From: Myxococcota bacterium
GTDB lineage: Bacteria > Myxococcota_A > Polyangia > Nannocystales > Nannocystaceae
DNA length: 64,000 bases
Direction of reading: 5' to 3'
Assembly: GCA_039028615.1 (NCBI GenBank)
Contig: JBCCHT010000013.1
Span: 96,001 to 160,000 of the forward strand
Below are positions 49,882 through 59,563 of the stretch, one piece after another (position 1 is the first letter of the stretch; every line of letters starts with the position of its first letter). A program made the translations under genes and the position numbers. Below the pieces are notes generated by a model. That model made no database searches. It was not told the DNA's origin and was given only the letters and a program-made list of their open reading frames with translations.

Positions 49882-51303
49882 GTGCCGGACCTCCTGCTGA
49901 TCAGCGATTTGCACCTGGGATCGCACCTGCGGCCTCGCATGCGAGGCGAGTGGGTGCACCTGGCGTCGCGCATCGAAGAGAGCTTCCCGCGCTTCGTGGA
50001 TCACTACCTCCGCGGCGGCCAGTGGCAGCTGATCATCAACGGGGATTTCATCGACTTCTGGAACGTGGATCTACCCGATCACGCGGGGGAGACGGGCGAG
50101 TCGCTGGCCGTCCGCCAGCTGCATGCCGTGTTCGATGCCCATCCCCGCGTCGAGGATGCGCTGGCCCGCTACCTCAAGTCGGGCTCGGGCATCGTGTTCG
50201 TGGCGGGCAATCACGACGCGGAGCTGCTGTACGCGGGCGTTCGCGAGGCGCTGGTCGAGCGCCTCGAGGGGGCCATGGACGACGATGACGACGACGGAGA
50301 CGCCAGCGCGACCCGGACGGGCATGGTGCGGCTCGATGCGATGCCCCCGGGTCGCATCCGCTTCGTGCGGTGGTTTCTGCGCGAGGAGGGCGGCGCCTGG
50401 ATCGAACACGGGCACAAGTTCGACGCCTCGTGTGCCACTCCGGCCGCGCTTTCGCCCACGCGGGGCGGAGCCTTGGTGCAGACGGTGGCCGAGGTCGCCA
50501 CGCGGCACTTCTCCAACCTGACGCCCGAGATCGACTACGACGTCGCCGACAAGTTCTCGGGCATGGACTATGTCCGCTGGGCGCTGGCTCGGGGCTGGCG
50601 GTTCCTCGTGCGGGTGGTGCTGCTGTATCTGCGCATGATGGGGCGGGTTCTGCAGTGGTGGGCGGCGACCGGTCGGGTCGACGAGGCCGCCCAGCGGACC
50701 CACGACGAGCGCATGGCCAAAGTGGCCGCCAACGCGGGGCTCCAGATGAGTGCCCTGACCGCGCTGGAGAACATGGCCCCGCCGCCCAGCGTGACCACCG
50801 TGGGCGGCTTTCTCACCGTGACCGCGCTGGACTACTTGCTGTCCATCTTCTTGCCCACGCCCATCTTGATGCTCGTGGCGGTGCTGTTCGGCGCCTCGGC
50901 GCTGTGGGGCTTGCTCGGCGGTTTGGCGATGACCGCCTGCCTCGTGACCTGGATCCAACGCGCCCGCAAGCCTCGCGATGTCGCGCGGGACATGGCCGAA
51001 GTGGCGGCGGGCGTGGGCCATGTGACCCAGGTGCCGCTGGTCTTGATGGGCCATAGCCACCGCGGCGAGCTCGAGCGGCAAGGGGACGTCATCTATGCCA
51101 ACAGCGGCAGCTGGCTCGATGGATCCCACCTCGTGGTGAGGCGCGATCGCGAGAGTGGTCGGCTGGTCGAAGTCGAGCTGCGACAGTGGCGCAATGGGGG
51201 GATCACCCGCGTGGACGCAATGGATGTACCGCACCCTGCAACGGCGTCCGTCGCCGAGGAGGCCGCCGTAGAGACCCTCGATCCGGTGGCTCGGGCGGGG
51301 TGA
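49882..51303 (+). CDS. Calcineurin-like metallophosphoesterase with inserted TM segments
   Basis: ISDLHLG, INGDFID, AGNHD, EHGH, MGHSH, NSGSW; hydrophobic hairpin before the last motif. Confidence 0.85.
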   Translation: MPDLLLISDLHLGSHLRPRMRGEWVHLASRIEESFPRFVDHYLRGGQWQLIINGDFIDFWNVDLPDHAGETGESLAVRQLHAVFDAHPRVEDALARYLKSGSGIVFVAGNHDAELLYAGVREALVERLEGAMDDDDDDGDASATRTGMVRLDAMPPGRIRFVRWFLREEGGAWIEHGHKFDASCATPAALSPTRGGALVQTVAEVATRHFSNLTPEIDYDVADKFSGMDYVRWALARGWRFLVRVVLLYLRMMGRVLQWWAATGRVDEAAQRTHDERMAKVAANAGLQMSALTALENMAPPPSVTTVGGFLTVTALDYLLSIFLPTPILMLVAVLFGASALWGLLGGLAMTACLVTWIQRARKPRDVARDMAEVAAGVGHVTQVPLVLMGHSHRGELERQGDVIYANSGSWLDGSHLVVRRDRESGRLVEVELRQWRNGGITRVDAMDVPHPATASVAEEAAVETLDPVARAG

Positions 51304-51360
51304 CGGACTGCCCGCGGTTGTGCGATGGTCGGGGTCCAATCCGGGAGACTCTGAGTCGAC

Positions 51361-51735
51361 GTGACGGGCAACGCGAAGAAGATCTTGGTCATCGAGGACG
51401 ACGCGTCCGTACGCACCCTGCTGTCGAAATCGCTGCGCGCCAAAGGCTACGACGTCGAGACCTGCGATGACGGCCTCGACGGCCTGACGCGGCTCGAGAG
51501 CACGCGGCCGGACCTCATCATCGTCGACATCATGATGCCGCGGCTCGACGGGATGACCTTCGTCAAGGCGATCAAGGGCAACCAGGCCACGCAGCCGATT
51601 CCCATCGTGTTCCTGACCGCGAACAACGATCCCAAGACGATGATCGCGGGCATCAACCTCGGCGCCCGGTACTACGTCACCAAGCCGTTCCAGCTCGACG
51701 ACCTGCTCGGCAAGGTGAAAAAAGCGATCGGCTGA
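51361..51735 (+). CDS. Single-domain response regulator (CheY-like)
   Basis: ILVIEDD, DLIIVDIMMP, FLTA, YVTKPF. Confidence 0.95.
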   Translation: MTGNAKKILVIEDDASVRTLLSKSLRAKGYDVETCDDGLDGLTRLESTRPDLIIVDIMMPRLDGMTFVKAIKGNQATQPIPIVFLTANNDPKTMIAGINLGARYYVTKPFQLDDLLGKVKKAIG

Positions 51736-51743
51736 CGCCGGGC

Positions 51744-53297
51744 TCAGGCGCGGCTGAGCAGCGGTGACCGCGAAAACGGCGACTTCGCGGGCGCGGCCAC
51801 CATGCCCGCCGCGATGGTGCCGGCGGCGAACTCCCCCTCGAGCCCGAGGCCGGGCAGGGTGAGGCGACCGGCGAAGTGCAGGTTCTTGATGCCCGAGCCG
51901 TGGGGCAGCACGCCGACCCCCAGGCTGGGTTCACCGTCGACCCCGTAGATGGCGGTCATCGGCAACTGCATGGCGGTGCCGGGCGGCAGGTCGGAGCGGG
52001 GGCGGCCGCGACCGTTTTCCGCTTCGCGACCGTCGTGGGGCGAGTGCAGCAGGCTCAGGTGCTCGCGGCAGAAGGGCAGCACCCCGCGGGCATCGAGCTC
52101 CTCGAGGATGCGCTCGCGCAGCGTGGACAGGTCCTCGCGCGGCGCGATGATGCGGGTGATGGACAGGCGACGGTGTCCCTCCCGCGAGCCCGGGCTCATG
52201 CGCAGATAGGTGTGGCCCACGCCGTGGGCGGCCCAGGTGGCACGGGAGGCCGAGTCGGCGGGCGTGATGGGATGGTCGGGCGCGGGCACGCAGATGGCGG
52301 TGCCGGCCAAGGCGGGAGACAGCCCCCGCTCGTCGATCTCCGCGTGCATCACGAACCGATAGGCCACGGGCATGATCGCCTGCGCGGTGGTGGCCAGCGG
52401 CTTGGGAATGTACTCGGGCGCGAGCATCCCCTCGACCAGGCGGCGGGGCTCGGTGGCCACGATCATGTGGCCGCAGCCGTAGTGGTCGCGCTTGCCCAGC
52501 AAGCTCAGGCCCACCACCTTGCCGCGCTTGATGCGAAGCTCGGCGACCCGTAGGTCGGGCTTGATCTCGCCCGAGTGCAGCTCGATACGCTGGAGCAGGG
52601 CCTTGCGGATCTGGGGGAGCCCCTTGGGCACGTCGCCCGGGCCCCGGGCCCACAACCCGGCCAGCCGCAGGCGCGCCGCCTTGCCGAGCTGTACCGGGCT
52701 CAGGTGCTGCAGCCAGGGCTCGATGGCCCGCGTGGCGTCGCGCAGCGGGTGGTCGGTGGCCAGCGGCTCGAGCTCGTCGACGTCGCGGGCGGGCAGCTGG
52801 CTCTCGACGCGGGACAGGAAGCGACGGCTCCAGAACCCATCGGCCACCAGCGCGTTGTCGCTGGTGAGCAGTTGGTCGAGCATGTCGTCGGTGGCGGAGA
52901 TCCAGCGGTCGCGCAGGGCCCAGGCCTCGCTCACCGGGTCGTCGGGCCACTCTCGCGCCGTCTCTTGGGCGAAGCGACCCAGGGGCGGCTGCACGTCGAG
53001 GCGCTGGCCGGGCAGCACCCAGTGCACCATGCCGTCGATGAGCCCGTGGTCGCGGCGAATCTGCTGCCACAGCCCCAGCTCTTGAAACACGCGATGCACG
53101 GCCGGCGTGCCCATGTGAACCACGGGCGCGGTGTCCAGCGGCATCACCAGGTTGCCCAGGCGCACGCTGCCCTCGGCCGGCCCGTGCGGCATGACCAGCA
53201 CCCGCTTGTTGCGGCGCGCCACCAGGGCGGCCGCCACCAACCCGGCCACGTCTTGGCCGATGACGACGAGGTCGTAGTGGTTGGTGGTCTGCGCCAA
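51744..53297 (-). CDS. FAD-dependent oxidoreductase-like protein (phytoene dehydrogenase-like fold)
   Basis: N-terminal YDLVVIGQDVAGLVAAALVAR (variant dinucleotide motif); C-terminal KNLHFAG..LPGLG.EG. Confidence 0.7.
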   Translation of the reverse strand: MAQTTNHYDLVVIGQDVAGLVAAALVARRNKRVLVMPHGPAEGSVRLGNLVMPLDTAPVVHMGTPAVHRVFQELGLWQQIRRDHGLIDGMVHWVLPGQRLDVQPPLGRFAQETAREWPDDPVSEAWALRDRWISATDDMLDQLLTSDNALVADGFWSRRFLSRVESQLPARDVDELEPLATDHPLRDATRAIEPWLQHLSPVQLGKAARLRLAGLWARGPGDVPKGLPQIRKALLQRIELHSGEIKPDLRVAELRIKRGKVVGLSLLGKRDHYGCGHMIVATEPRRLVEGMLAPEYIPKPLATTAQAIMPVAYRFVMHAEIDERGLSPALAGTAICVPAPDHPITPADSASRATWAAHGVGHTYLRMSPGSREGHRRLSITRIIAPREDLSTLRERILEELDARGVLPFCREHLSLLHSPHDGREAENGRGRPRSDLPPGTAMQLPMTAIYGVDGEPSLGVGVLPHGSGIKNLHFAGRLTLPGLGLEGEFAAGTIAAGMVAAPAKSPFSRSPLLSRA

Positions 53298-53311
53298 TGA
53301 ACGATCCGGCT

Positions 53312-54376
53312 TCAGGAAATGAAGGTCACGGCGGGGGCATCGGCCCCACGCGAGACCACGCGGCCCACCCGGTGGCTGGGCTCGTCGACGGACTGCAACG
53401 CGGCTTCCACCGCGTCGATTCCATCGGGGTCGACGGCGAGCAGCATCCCGATGCCGCAGTTGAAGGTGCGCCGCATCTCGTCCTCATCGACGCCCTGAGC
53501 GGCAATGGCGCCAAAGATCGGCGGTCGTTCGATCTCGCGGAGATCCAGCTCCATGCCCATGGCGTCGGGCAGCACGCGCGGCGGGTTCTCGATCAGCCCG
53601 CCGCCCGTGATGTGAGCCGCCGCGTGCAGCGGGCTGCCGGGCAGACCGGTGATGGCGGCAAAGGCCCGGGCGTAGATCCGCGTGGGCACGAGCAAGGCGT
53701 CGGCCACCGACTGGCCGTTTGCGCCCGGCAGCGGGTCGTCGAAGCTCAGGCCGGCGTGCTTGGGGTCGAGCAGCGCCTTGCGGGCCAGGCTGTAGCCGTT
53801 GGAGTGCAGCCCGGAGGAGGGCAGGGCGAGCACGATGTCGCCTTCGCGCACGCGCTCGGGGCCCAACACGGCCGAACGCTCGACCACGCCCACCGCGAAG
53901 GCGGCCAGATCATAGTGGTCTTCGGCGTACATGCCGGGGAGCTCGGCCGTCTCGCCGCCCAGCAGGGCGCAGCTCGACTGCTGGCACCCCTCGACGATCC
54001 CGGCCACCAGGGCCTCGATGCGGTGGGGGCGGAGCTGGTCGCAGGCGATGTAATCCAGCAAGAACAAGGGCTTGGCCCCGCACACGAGCAGGTCGTTCAC
54101 GCTCATCGCCACCAGGTCGATCCCGACCGTGTCGTGGCGATCGGTGGCGATCGACACGAGCAGCTTGGTGCCGACCCCGTCCGTGCAGGAGACCAGCAGC
54201 GGCTCCTTCATGCCCGGGGGCAGGCCCATCATCCCGGCGAAGCCGCCGATGTCCGAGACCTGCTCTGGTCGCCGGGTCTTGGCGACCATGGCCGAGATCC
54301 GCCGTACGGCCTCGTTTCCGGCCTCGATGTCGACCCCTGCGTCTCGGTAGGAAAGGCCCTCGTCCTCGTCCGCCAT
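53312..54376 (-). CDS. purM: Phosphoribosylformylglycinamidine cyclo-ligase
   Basis: YRDAGVDI, TDGVGTK, GGETAELPG, SSGLHSNGYSL, HITGGG, FNCGIG. Confidence 0.97.
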   Translation of the reverse strand: MADEDEGLSYRDAGVDIEAGNEAVRRISAMVAKTRRPEQVSDIGGFAGMMGLPPGMKEPLLVSCTDGVGTKLLVSIATDRHDTVGIDLVAMSVNDLLVCGAKPLFLLDYIACDQLRPHRIEALVAGIVEGCQQSSCALLGGETAELPGMYAEDHYDLAAFAVGVVERSAVLGPERVREGDIVLALPSSGLHSNGYSLARKALLDPKHAGLSFDDPLPGANGQSVADALLVPTRIYARAFAAITGLPGSPLHAAAHITGGGLIENPPRVLPDAMGMELDLREIERPPIFGAIAAQGVDEDEMRRTFNCGIGMLLAVDPDGIDAVEAALQSVDEPSHRVGRVVSRGADAPAVTFIS

Positions 54377-54568
54377 GTTCGCCGTGTCTCCTGCCGCGTC
54401 AACGGCTTCACACCGGCCGCGAACGGCCGAGCTTCCGCCGCTTTGGGCGGTTCGCCAGTTGGGCTTGGGCCCAATAGCAGGCCCCGGGGGCCGCCGTCCA
54501 CGCTTCTGGTGGCCCGCGTCTCGCGCCCTGCCCATGGCCGCCGATTTGGGCTAGAACCCGCCTCGAAC

Positions 54569-55495
54569 ATGGCCTGGTGGCGACGCAAAAAAGACGCCCT
54601 CGAGAAGGACGCGACCAAGTCCAAGACCTCGGTTCCCAAGGGATTGTGGTCCAAGTGCGAGTCCTGCGGTGAAATCACCTACACCCAGGAACTCATCGCC
54701 AACCTCCGAGTCTGCCCGGTGTGCCAACACCACGCGCCGATGCCGACCGCGGAGCGAATCGCGGCGACCATCGACGAGGGCACTTGGGAGGTCCTCGACG
54801 AGGATCTGCGCTCGGGCGACCCCCTGGAGTTCGTGGACTCCAAGCCCTACGCGGAGCGCTTGGTCAAAGCCCATCGCAACGCCGGCCCGGCCGATGCCTT
54901 CGTGTCCGGCCTGGGCGACATCGACGGGGTTCCGGTCAGCGCGGGCTTCTTCGCCTTCGAGTTCATGGGCGGCTCCATGGGCTCGGTGGTGGGGGAAAAG
55001 TGCACCCGGGTGTTCGAGCGAGCTCTCGAGCACGAGCGCCCCGCCATCGTGTTCTCGGCCTCGGGCGGCGCCCGCATGCAGGAGGGCGTGCTCTCCTTGA
55101 TGCAGATGGCCAAGACCTCGGCCGCCCGCGGTCGCCTGCGCGACAAGGGGCTGCCCTATATCTCCGTGGTCCTGCACCCCACCACGGGTGGCGTGGCGGC
55201 GAGCTTCTCGATGCTCGGTGACATCATCATCGCCGAGCCCAAGGCGCTGGTCGGCTTCGCCGGACCTCGCGTCATCCAGCAGACCATCGGCCAGGACCTG
55301 CCGAAGGGCTTCCAGCGGGCCGAGTTCCTGCTCGAGCACGGCATGCTCGACCGCATCGTGCCCCGGCTCGAGATGGTCGAGCAGCTGGGCACGCTGCTGC
55401 GGCTGCTCCAGGGCGCGCCTCCGCGTCCGCCGAGGCCCGACGAGCCGAGCAGCTCGACCTCGACCGGCCAGGCTCCAATCGAGCGCGCGCCGTGA
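54569..55495 (+). CDS. accD: Acetyl-CoA carboxylase carboxyltransferase beta subunit
   Basis: GLWSKCESC...VCPVC zinc finger, FMGGSMG, SGGARMQEG, PTTGGV, GFAGPRVI. Confidence 0.97.
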   Translation: MAWWRRKKDALEKDATKSKTSVPKGLWSKCESCGEITYTQELIANLRVCPVCQHHAPMPTAERIAATIDEGTWEVLDEDLRSGDPLEFVDSKPYAERLVKAHRNAGPADAFVSGLGDIDGVPVSAGFFAFEFMGGSMGSVVGEKCTRVFERALEHERPAIVFSASGGARMQEGVLSLMQMAKTSAARGRLRDKGLPYISVVLHPTTGGVAASFSMLGDIIIAEPKALVGFAGPRVIQQTIGQDLPKGFQRAEFLLEHGMLDRIVPRLEMVEQLGTLLRLLQGAPPRPPRPDEPSSSTSTGQAPIERAP

Positions 55496-55505
55496 GCCAC
55501 GCTCC

Positions 55506-56726
55506 GTGAGCGACACGGCCGCTTGGGAGGCGCTGTTTGCCCGCCGCACGTTTGGCGTGCGGCTGGGGCTGTCGATCGTTCAAGGGGTCTTCGAGGCCTT
55601 GGGGCGACCGGGGCAGGGGACCCCGGCCATCCACATCGTGGGCACCAACGGCAAGGGCTCCACGGCCGCGCTGATGGAGCACGCCCTACGAAGCCGGGGC
55701 TGGCGCACGGGGCTGTACACCAGCCCGCACCTGCACCGCGTGGGTGAGCGGGTGCGGCTCGACGGCGAGCCGGTCTCCGACGAGCGACTCGAGCGGCATG
55801 TCGATCGCGTGCTGGCCACCGAGCCCGGGCTCTCGCTGGAGCGGCCGCTGTCATTCTTCGAGGTGCTCACCCTGGCCGCGCTGGACCTGATGGCCCAGGC
55901 CCCGGTCGACATCGCGATCGTGGAGGCCGGCCTCGGGGGGCGCCTGGATGCCACCCGCGTCGTGGATGCACGGGCGGTGGCGGTGGCTTCGATCGCGCGG
56001 GACCACGAGGCCATGCTCGGCTCGACGCTCACCGCCATCGCGACGGAAAAAGCGGCCGTGCTGCGACGGGGGGTGCCGACGTTCAGTGCGGCCCAAGACC
56101 CCGAGGCGGCGGCCGTGTTGGAGCGGCGAGCGACCGAGGTGGGCAGTGAGCTCCACTGGGTGTCGCCGCTGCCCGAGGCGCCGCGGGGGCTACCCGGCGT
56201 GCATCAGCGGGCCAACGCCGCGGTGGCGCTGGCGACCGCGCAGGTCTTCGAGCCCACGCTGACCGCGGCCGACCTCGACGGGGTGACCTGGCCCGGTCGG
56301 CTCGAGCCCATGGCGACCGGCGGCGGCACGCTGGTCTTCGACGTGGCCCACAACCCGGCCGGCATTCGAGCGATGGTCGACGCGGTGCGGCAAGGCGCGG
56401 TGGCGATGCCGGGCTTGGTGGTGTTCGGCTGCCAGGCGGACAAGGACGCCGCCGCGATGGTCGAGACCCTGGCCGAGTTGGGGCAGCAGCGCTGGTGGGT
56501 GAACCCCACGCCCACCGATGTGCCGCCCTCGCTGCCGTCGGAGCACTGGCCGCGGCGCTTCGAGGCCGCGCTCGATCCGGCCCTCGTCGATGGCATCGCG
56601 GCACACCTGGCGCGAGGCGAGACGGTGCTCGTGTGCGGCTCGCACCGCGTCGTCGGCAGCCTTCGTGGCTGGGCCCGCGGAGCGGACCGCCCGCCGGAGC
56701 CGAGCGATCCGCGCCCGACCGGGTAG
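55506..56726 (+). CDS. folC: Folylpolyglutamate synthase / dihydrofolate synthase
   Basis: HIVGTNGKGST, YTSPHL, EAGLGGRLDAT, WPGRLE, DVAHNP; follows accD. Confidence 0.95.
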   Translation: MSDTAAWEALFARRTFGVRLGLSIVQGVFEALGRPGQGTPAIHIVGTNGKGSTAALMEHALRSRGWRTGLYTSPHLHRVGERVRLDGEPVSDERLERHVDRVLATEPGLSLERPLSFFEVLTLAALDLMAQAPVDIAIVEAGLGGRLDATRVVDARAVAVASIARDHEAMLGSTLTAIATEKAAVLRRGVPTFSAAQDPEAAAVLERRATEVGSELHWVSPLPEAPRGLPGVHQRANAAVALATAQVFEPTLTAADLDGVTWPGRLEPMATGGGTLVFDVAHNPAGIRAMVDAVRQGAVAMPGLVVFGCQADKDAAAMVETLAELGQQRWWVNPTPTDVPPSLPSEHWPRRFEAALDPALVDGIAAHLARGETVLVCGSHRVVGSLRGWARGADRPPEPSDPRPTG

Positions 56727-56807
56727 GGCGCGGCGCGGCCCGAGAGCGCGGGCGCGATGCGGCGGATCTTTGGATAAGCCCCGCGCGCCCGGCTATTCTG
56801 TGCAGCG

Positions 56808-57656
56808 ATGGGATCTCGGATGAATGCCGTCTCGTTGTTGGCGCTCGGCCTCGGCCTGGGTAGTGCCATTCCCGATGCCGAGGCGGCCCCGTCCACCCCT
56901 CCGCCTCCGAATGCGCGGAACAACACTCCGCCGCCGCCGGGCAACTCGAGCGCGAATCCGTTCTTGCCCACGCAGCCGGGGTCCACGGGCGGGACCGCTC
57001 GGAGCCCGTCGCCGAGCCCCACGCCTCCGCCGCCCACCGCCCCGCCGCCTCCGAGCGGCAACCAGCCGCCCCCGGGAGTCGACGGCCCCCAGACCGAGCT
57101 CGAGCCGCCGCCTCCGCCCCAGGATCTCTCGCATACGTGGGGCTACTCGAAGTCGTCGTCGCTCAAGCCCCGCTACGTGCGGGCCAACGATCCGACTCTC
57201 GCCGCGCCGAATCCCGTCGGCTTCTATTCGGGGGTCTCGCTTCAGGGCAACCACGTCCCGCCGCTCCCGGCGAAGAAGCTCGGCCAGACGCCGGCCAAAA
57301 TGACGTGGACCGGCTTCGAGCGCACCGAGACCGGCTCTCGGGTGTTCTTCCAGCTCTCGGCCGAAGCCGCCCACGAGCTGAACACCTCCAAGAACGGGCT
57401 CGTGCTCAAGCTTCGGATTCGCAACACGCGGGTCAACGTCAAGAACAACCGCCGACGCCTGGATCTGCGCTACTTCAAGACGCCCGTCCGCGAGGTCAAG
57501 GTCCGCCACAAGGGCCGCGACACGGTGGCCACGATCCACCTCAAGCGCACGGCGAGTCCCTCGGTCCGCATCATCGACAGCAACGCCGGCTACAAGCTGC
57601 TGGTGGTCGACTTCACGCATGCCGGACCCGAGCGTCCGTCTCCGCCCGCGTCCTAG
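56808..57656 (+). CDS. Secreted Pro-rich protein with C-terminal AMIN-like domain
   Basis: Signal peptide; poly-Pro linker; GSRVFFQLS...NNRRRLDLRYF.TPV pattern. Confidence 0.65.
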   Translation: MGSRMNAVSLLALGLGLGSAIPDAEAAPSTPPPPNARNNTPPPPGNSSANPFLPTQPGSTGGTARSPSPSPTPPPPTAPPPPSGNQPPPGVDGPQTELEPPPPPQDLSHTWGYSKSSSLKPRYVRANDPTLAAPNPVGFYSGVSLQGNHVPPLPAKKLGQTPAKMTWTGFERTETGSRVFFQLSAEAAHELNTSKNGLVLKLRIRNTRVNVKNNRRRLDLRYFKTPVREVKVRHKGRDTVATIHLKRTASPSVRIIDSNAGYKLLVVDFTHAGPERPSPPAS

Positions 57657-57784
57657 CCGAGCACGACGCCTCGCGATCGACGAGCCCGCTTCGCATCAGC
57701 GAGGTCGGGGCGTCGTTGCGTGCGATCGATGATCGACGAGCATCGTGCGCCCGCCATCACGACACCCGGTGGCGACAGAGGCGA

Positions 57785-58375
57785 CTAGCGCCCGTCGTCG
57801 TCGGCTTGGTTGTTGCGCCACAGGCCCGCGACCAGCGTGCCGACGGCTGCCACCGCGCCGATGACCGGGGTGCCCAGCAGCGGTCCCGCGGCCGCCATAC
57901 CGAGCGCAGCGAGGGCCCAGCGGTGCCGCGCGATGCGAGCGATGCGAGCGTTGCGAGCCAGCCCCGCAATGACCACGGCGAGCTGTGCTTCCTCTTCCGG
58001 GGCTAAAGGCTTTGCTTGAAGCCTTGCGGGTAAGTGCTGGTGATTCTGAAACAAAAGTCGAGTGGCGATGTGGTTGAGCCGCGACAGCTCGGCGTCGGGC
58101 CGGGGCTCGGTGGCCATGACGAAGGGCAGGGCCAAGGTGCGGATCCGAGGGTTGTAGATCCGGGCGCGGGACAACGAGGTGACCGCTTCGGCGATGAGGC
58201 TGCGGGCCTGGTTGGCGCGCCAGCGTCGGTCGCCGTTGTCGTTGGTGTCCTCGAGACACAGCAACGCCATCGCCAAGGCATCGGCGGCGGCTTCGAGATG
58301 AGGGCGGGCCCGGGCGTCGGCGCCCACGTCGCGATACGCGTGGTCGAGCCGAAGGGTATGGGGCAGCGCGGTCAT
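57785..58375 (-). CDS. Hypothetical protein with C-terminal TM hairpin
   Basis: Helical N-terminus, two hydrophobic segments near the C-terminus; start uncertain. Confidence 0.55.
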   Translation of the reverse strand: MTALPHTLRLDHAYRDVGADARARPHLEAAADALAMALLCLEDTNDNGDRRWRANQARSLIAEAVTSLSRARIYNPRIRTLALPFVMATEPRPDAELSRLNHIATRLLFQNHQHLPARLQAKPLAPEEEAQLAVVIAGLARNARIARIARHRWALAALGMAAAGPLLGTPVIGAVAAVGTLVAGLWRNNQADDDGR

Positions 58376-58530
58376 CGAATGAACTTGGGGTGAACGGGCC
58401 CACCGCGTGACAGGCCTCATTACTCAAGTTAGGTGATGAAACTGCCTGCGGCCACCGTTGGGGTGACCGTTTCGACGCCCAAAAGTGGCCGCTGATTCTC
58501 TCGTTGTCGGGTCAATCGACCCGGTCGGGT

Positions 58531-59436
58531 CTAAGTGTCGTCTTCAGACCCCGGCGACGGCGGCGTGGACTGCCGCTCCTGCGCCTTGGCTTCGTTCCAG
58601 AAGCCGTCGAGGACCTCGAGACCCGCCGTCGAAGGATCGATCGACTTCTCGTGGCAACGCTGCATGACGCCCGCAAAACGTCGCTCGAACTTGGCGTTGG
58701 CCGAGCGCAGCGCGTCCTCGGCTTCGATGCCCAGCTTTTGTCCCACGCGAACCATGACGAACAGGAGATCGCCGAACTCCTCGGCCACCTGCTCCGGCGT
58801 CCCTTCGGCGCGGGCCTGCTCGAGCTCGTCCCACTCTTCGCGCACCTTGGCCAGCGCGCCGTCGATCGTCGGCCAGTCGAAGCCGATGTGGGCCGCCTTG
58901 TCTTGCAGTCGCCACGCGCGTTGCAGCGCGGGCAGTCCCTTGGGCACGCCGCCCAGGGGATCGGCCGGACCGTCGCTGCCGCGCTCGGCCTCCTTGATCG
59001 CCGCCCATTGGCGCGCGACCTCGTCCGCGGAGAGTGCGCGCTGTTCCTCGGTGCCGAACACGTGGGGGTGTCGGCGCAGCATCTTGGAGCGAATCGCCTC
59101 GATGACGCCCTCGAGATCGAAGTGCCCCTGTCGCTCCCGCAGCGCCGACTGGAACACCACCTGGAACAAGAGATCGCCCAGCTCGGTGCGATGGGCGCCA
59201 GGGTCGTGCATCGCCTCGAGAACTTCATGCGCCTCCTCGAGCAAATAGGGGCGCAGGGTGTCGAGGGTCTGGGCCTTGTCCCAGGGACAGCCGTGTTCGG
59301 GATCGAGCAGCCGGTCCATCAGGTCGCGGAGCCCGTCCATGCCGTCGCGAAGGCCCGCCTCACGATAATCGGGCACGGTCACCTCGGGCGTGGAAGCGGC
59401 CGTCGACGGCGGAGCGGAGCGGGGCGCGTCGGTCAT
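58531..59436 (-). CDS. mazG: Nucleoside triphosphate pyrophosphohydrolase
   Basis: GCPWDKAQT, EEAHEV, ELGDLLFQV, RRHPHVF, GFDW, EEFGDLLF, KFERRF. Confidence 0.96.
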   Translation of the reverse strand: MTDAPRSAPPSTAASTPEVTVPDYREAGLRDGMDGLRDLMDRLLDPEHGCPWDKAQTLDTLRPYLLEEAHEVLEAMHDPGAHRTELGDLLFQVVFQSALRERQGHFDLEGVIEAIRSKMLRRHPHVFGTEEQRALSADEVARQWAAIKEAERGSDGPADPLGGVPKGLPALQRAWRLQDKAAHIGFDWPTIDGALAKVREEWDELEQARAEGTPEQVAEEFGDLLFVMVRVGQKLGIEAEDALRSANAKFERRFAGVMQRCHEKSIDPSTAGLEVLDGFWNEAKAQERQSTPPSPGSEDDT

Positions 59437-59563
59437 GACGGGCGGCTTCTACCACGGCGTCGCTGGGGCAATGAGCCCCAACGAGCGTTCAATGCGCGGA
59501 TGGAGCGTGCTACCGTCGAAGGGCGGACGCGGGCCTTTGTGCGGCGTCCCGAAGCCCCCCGAT

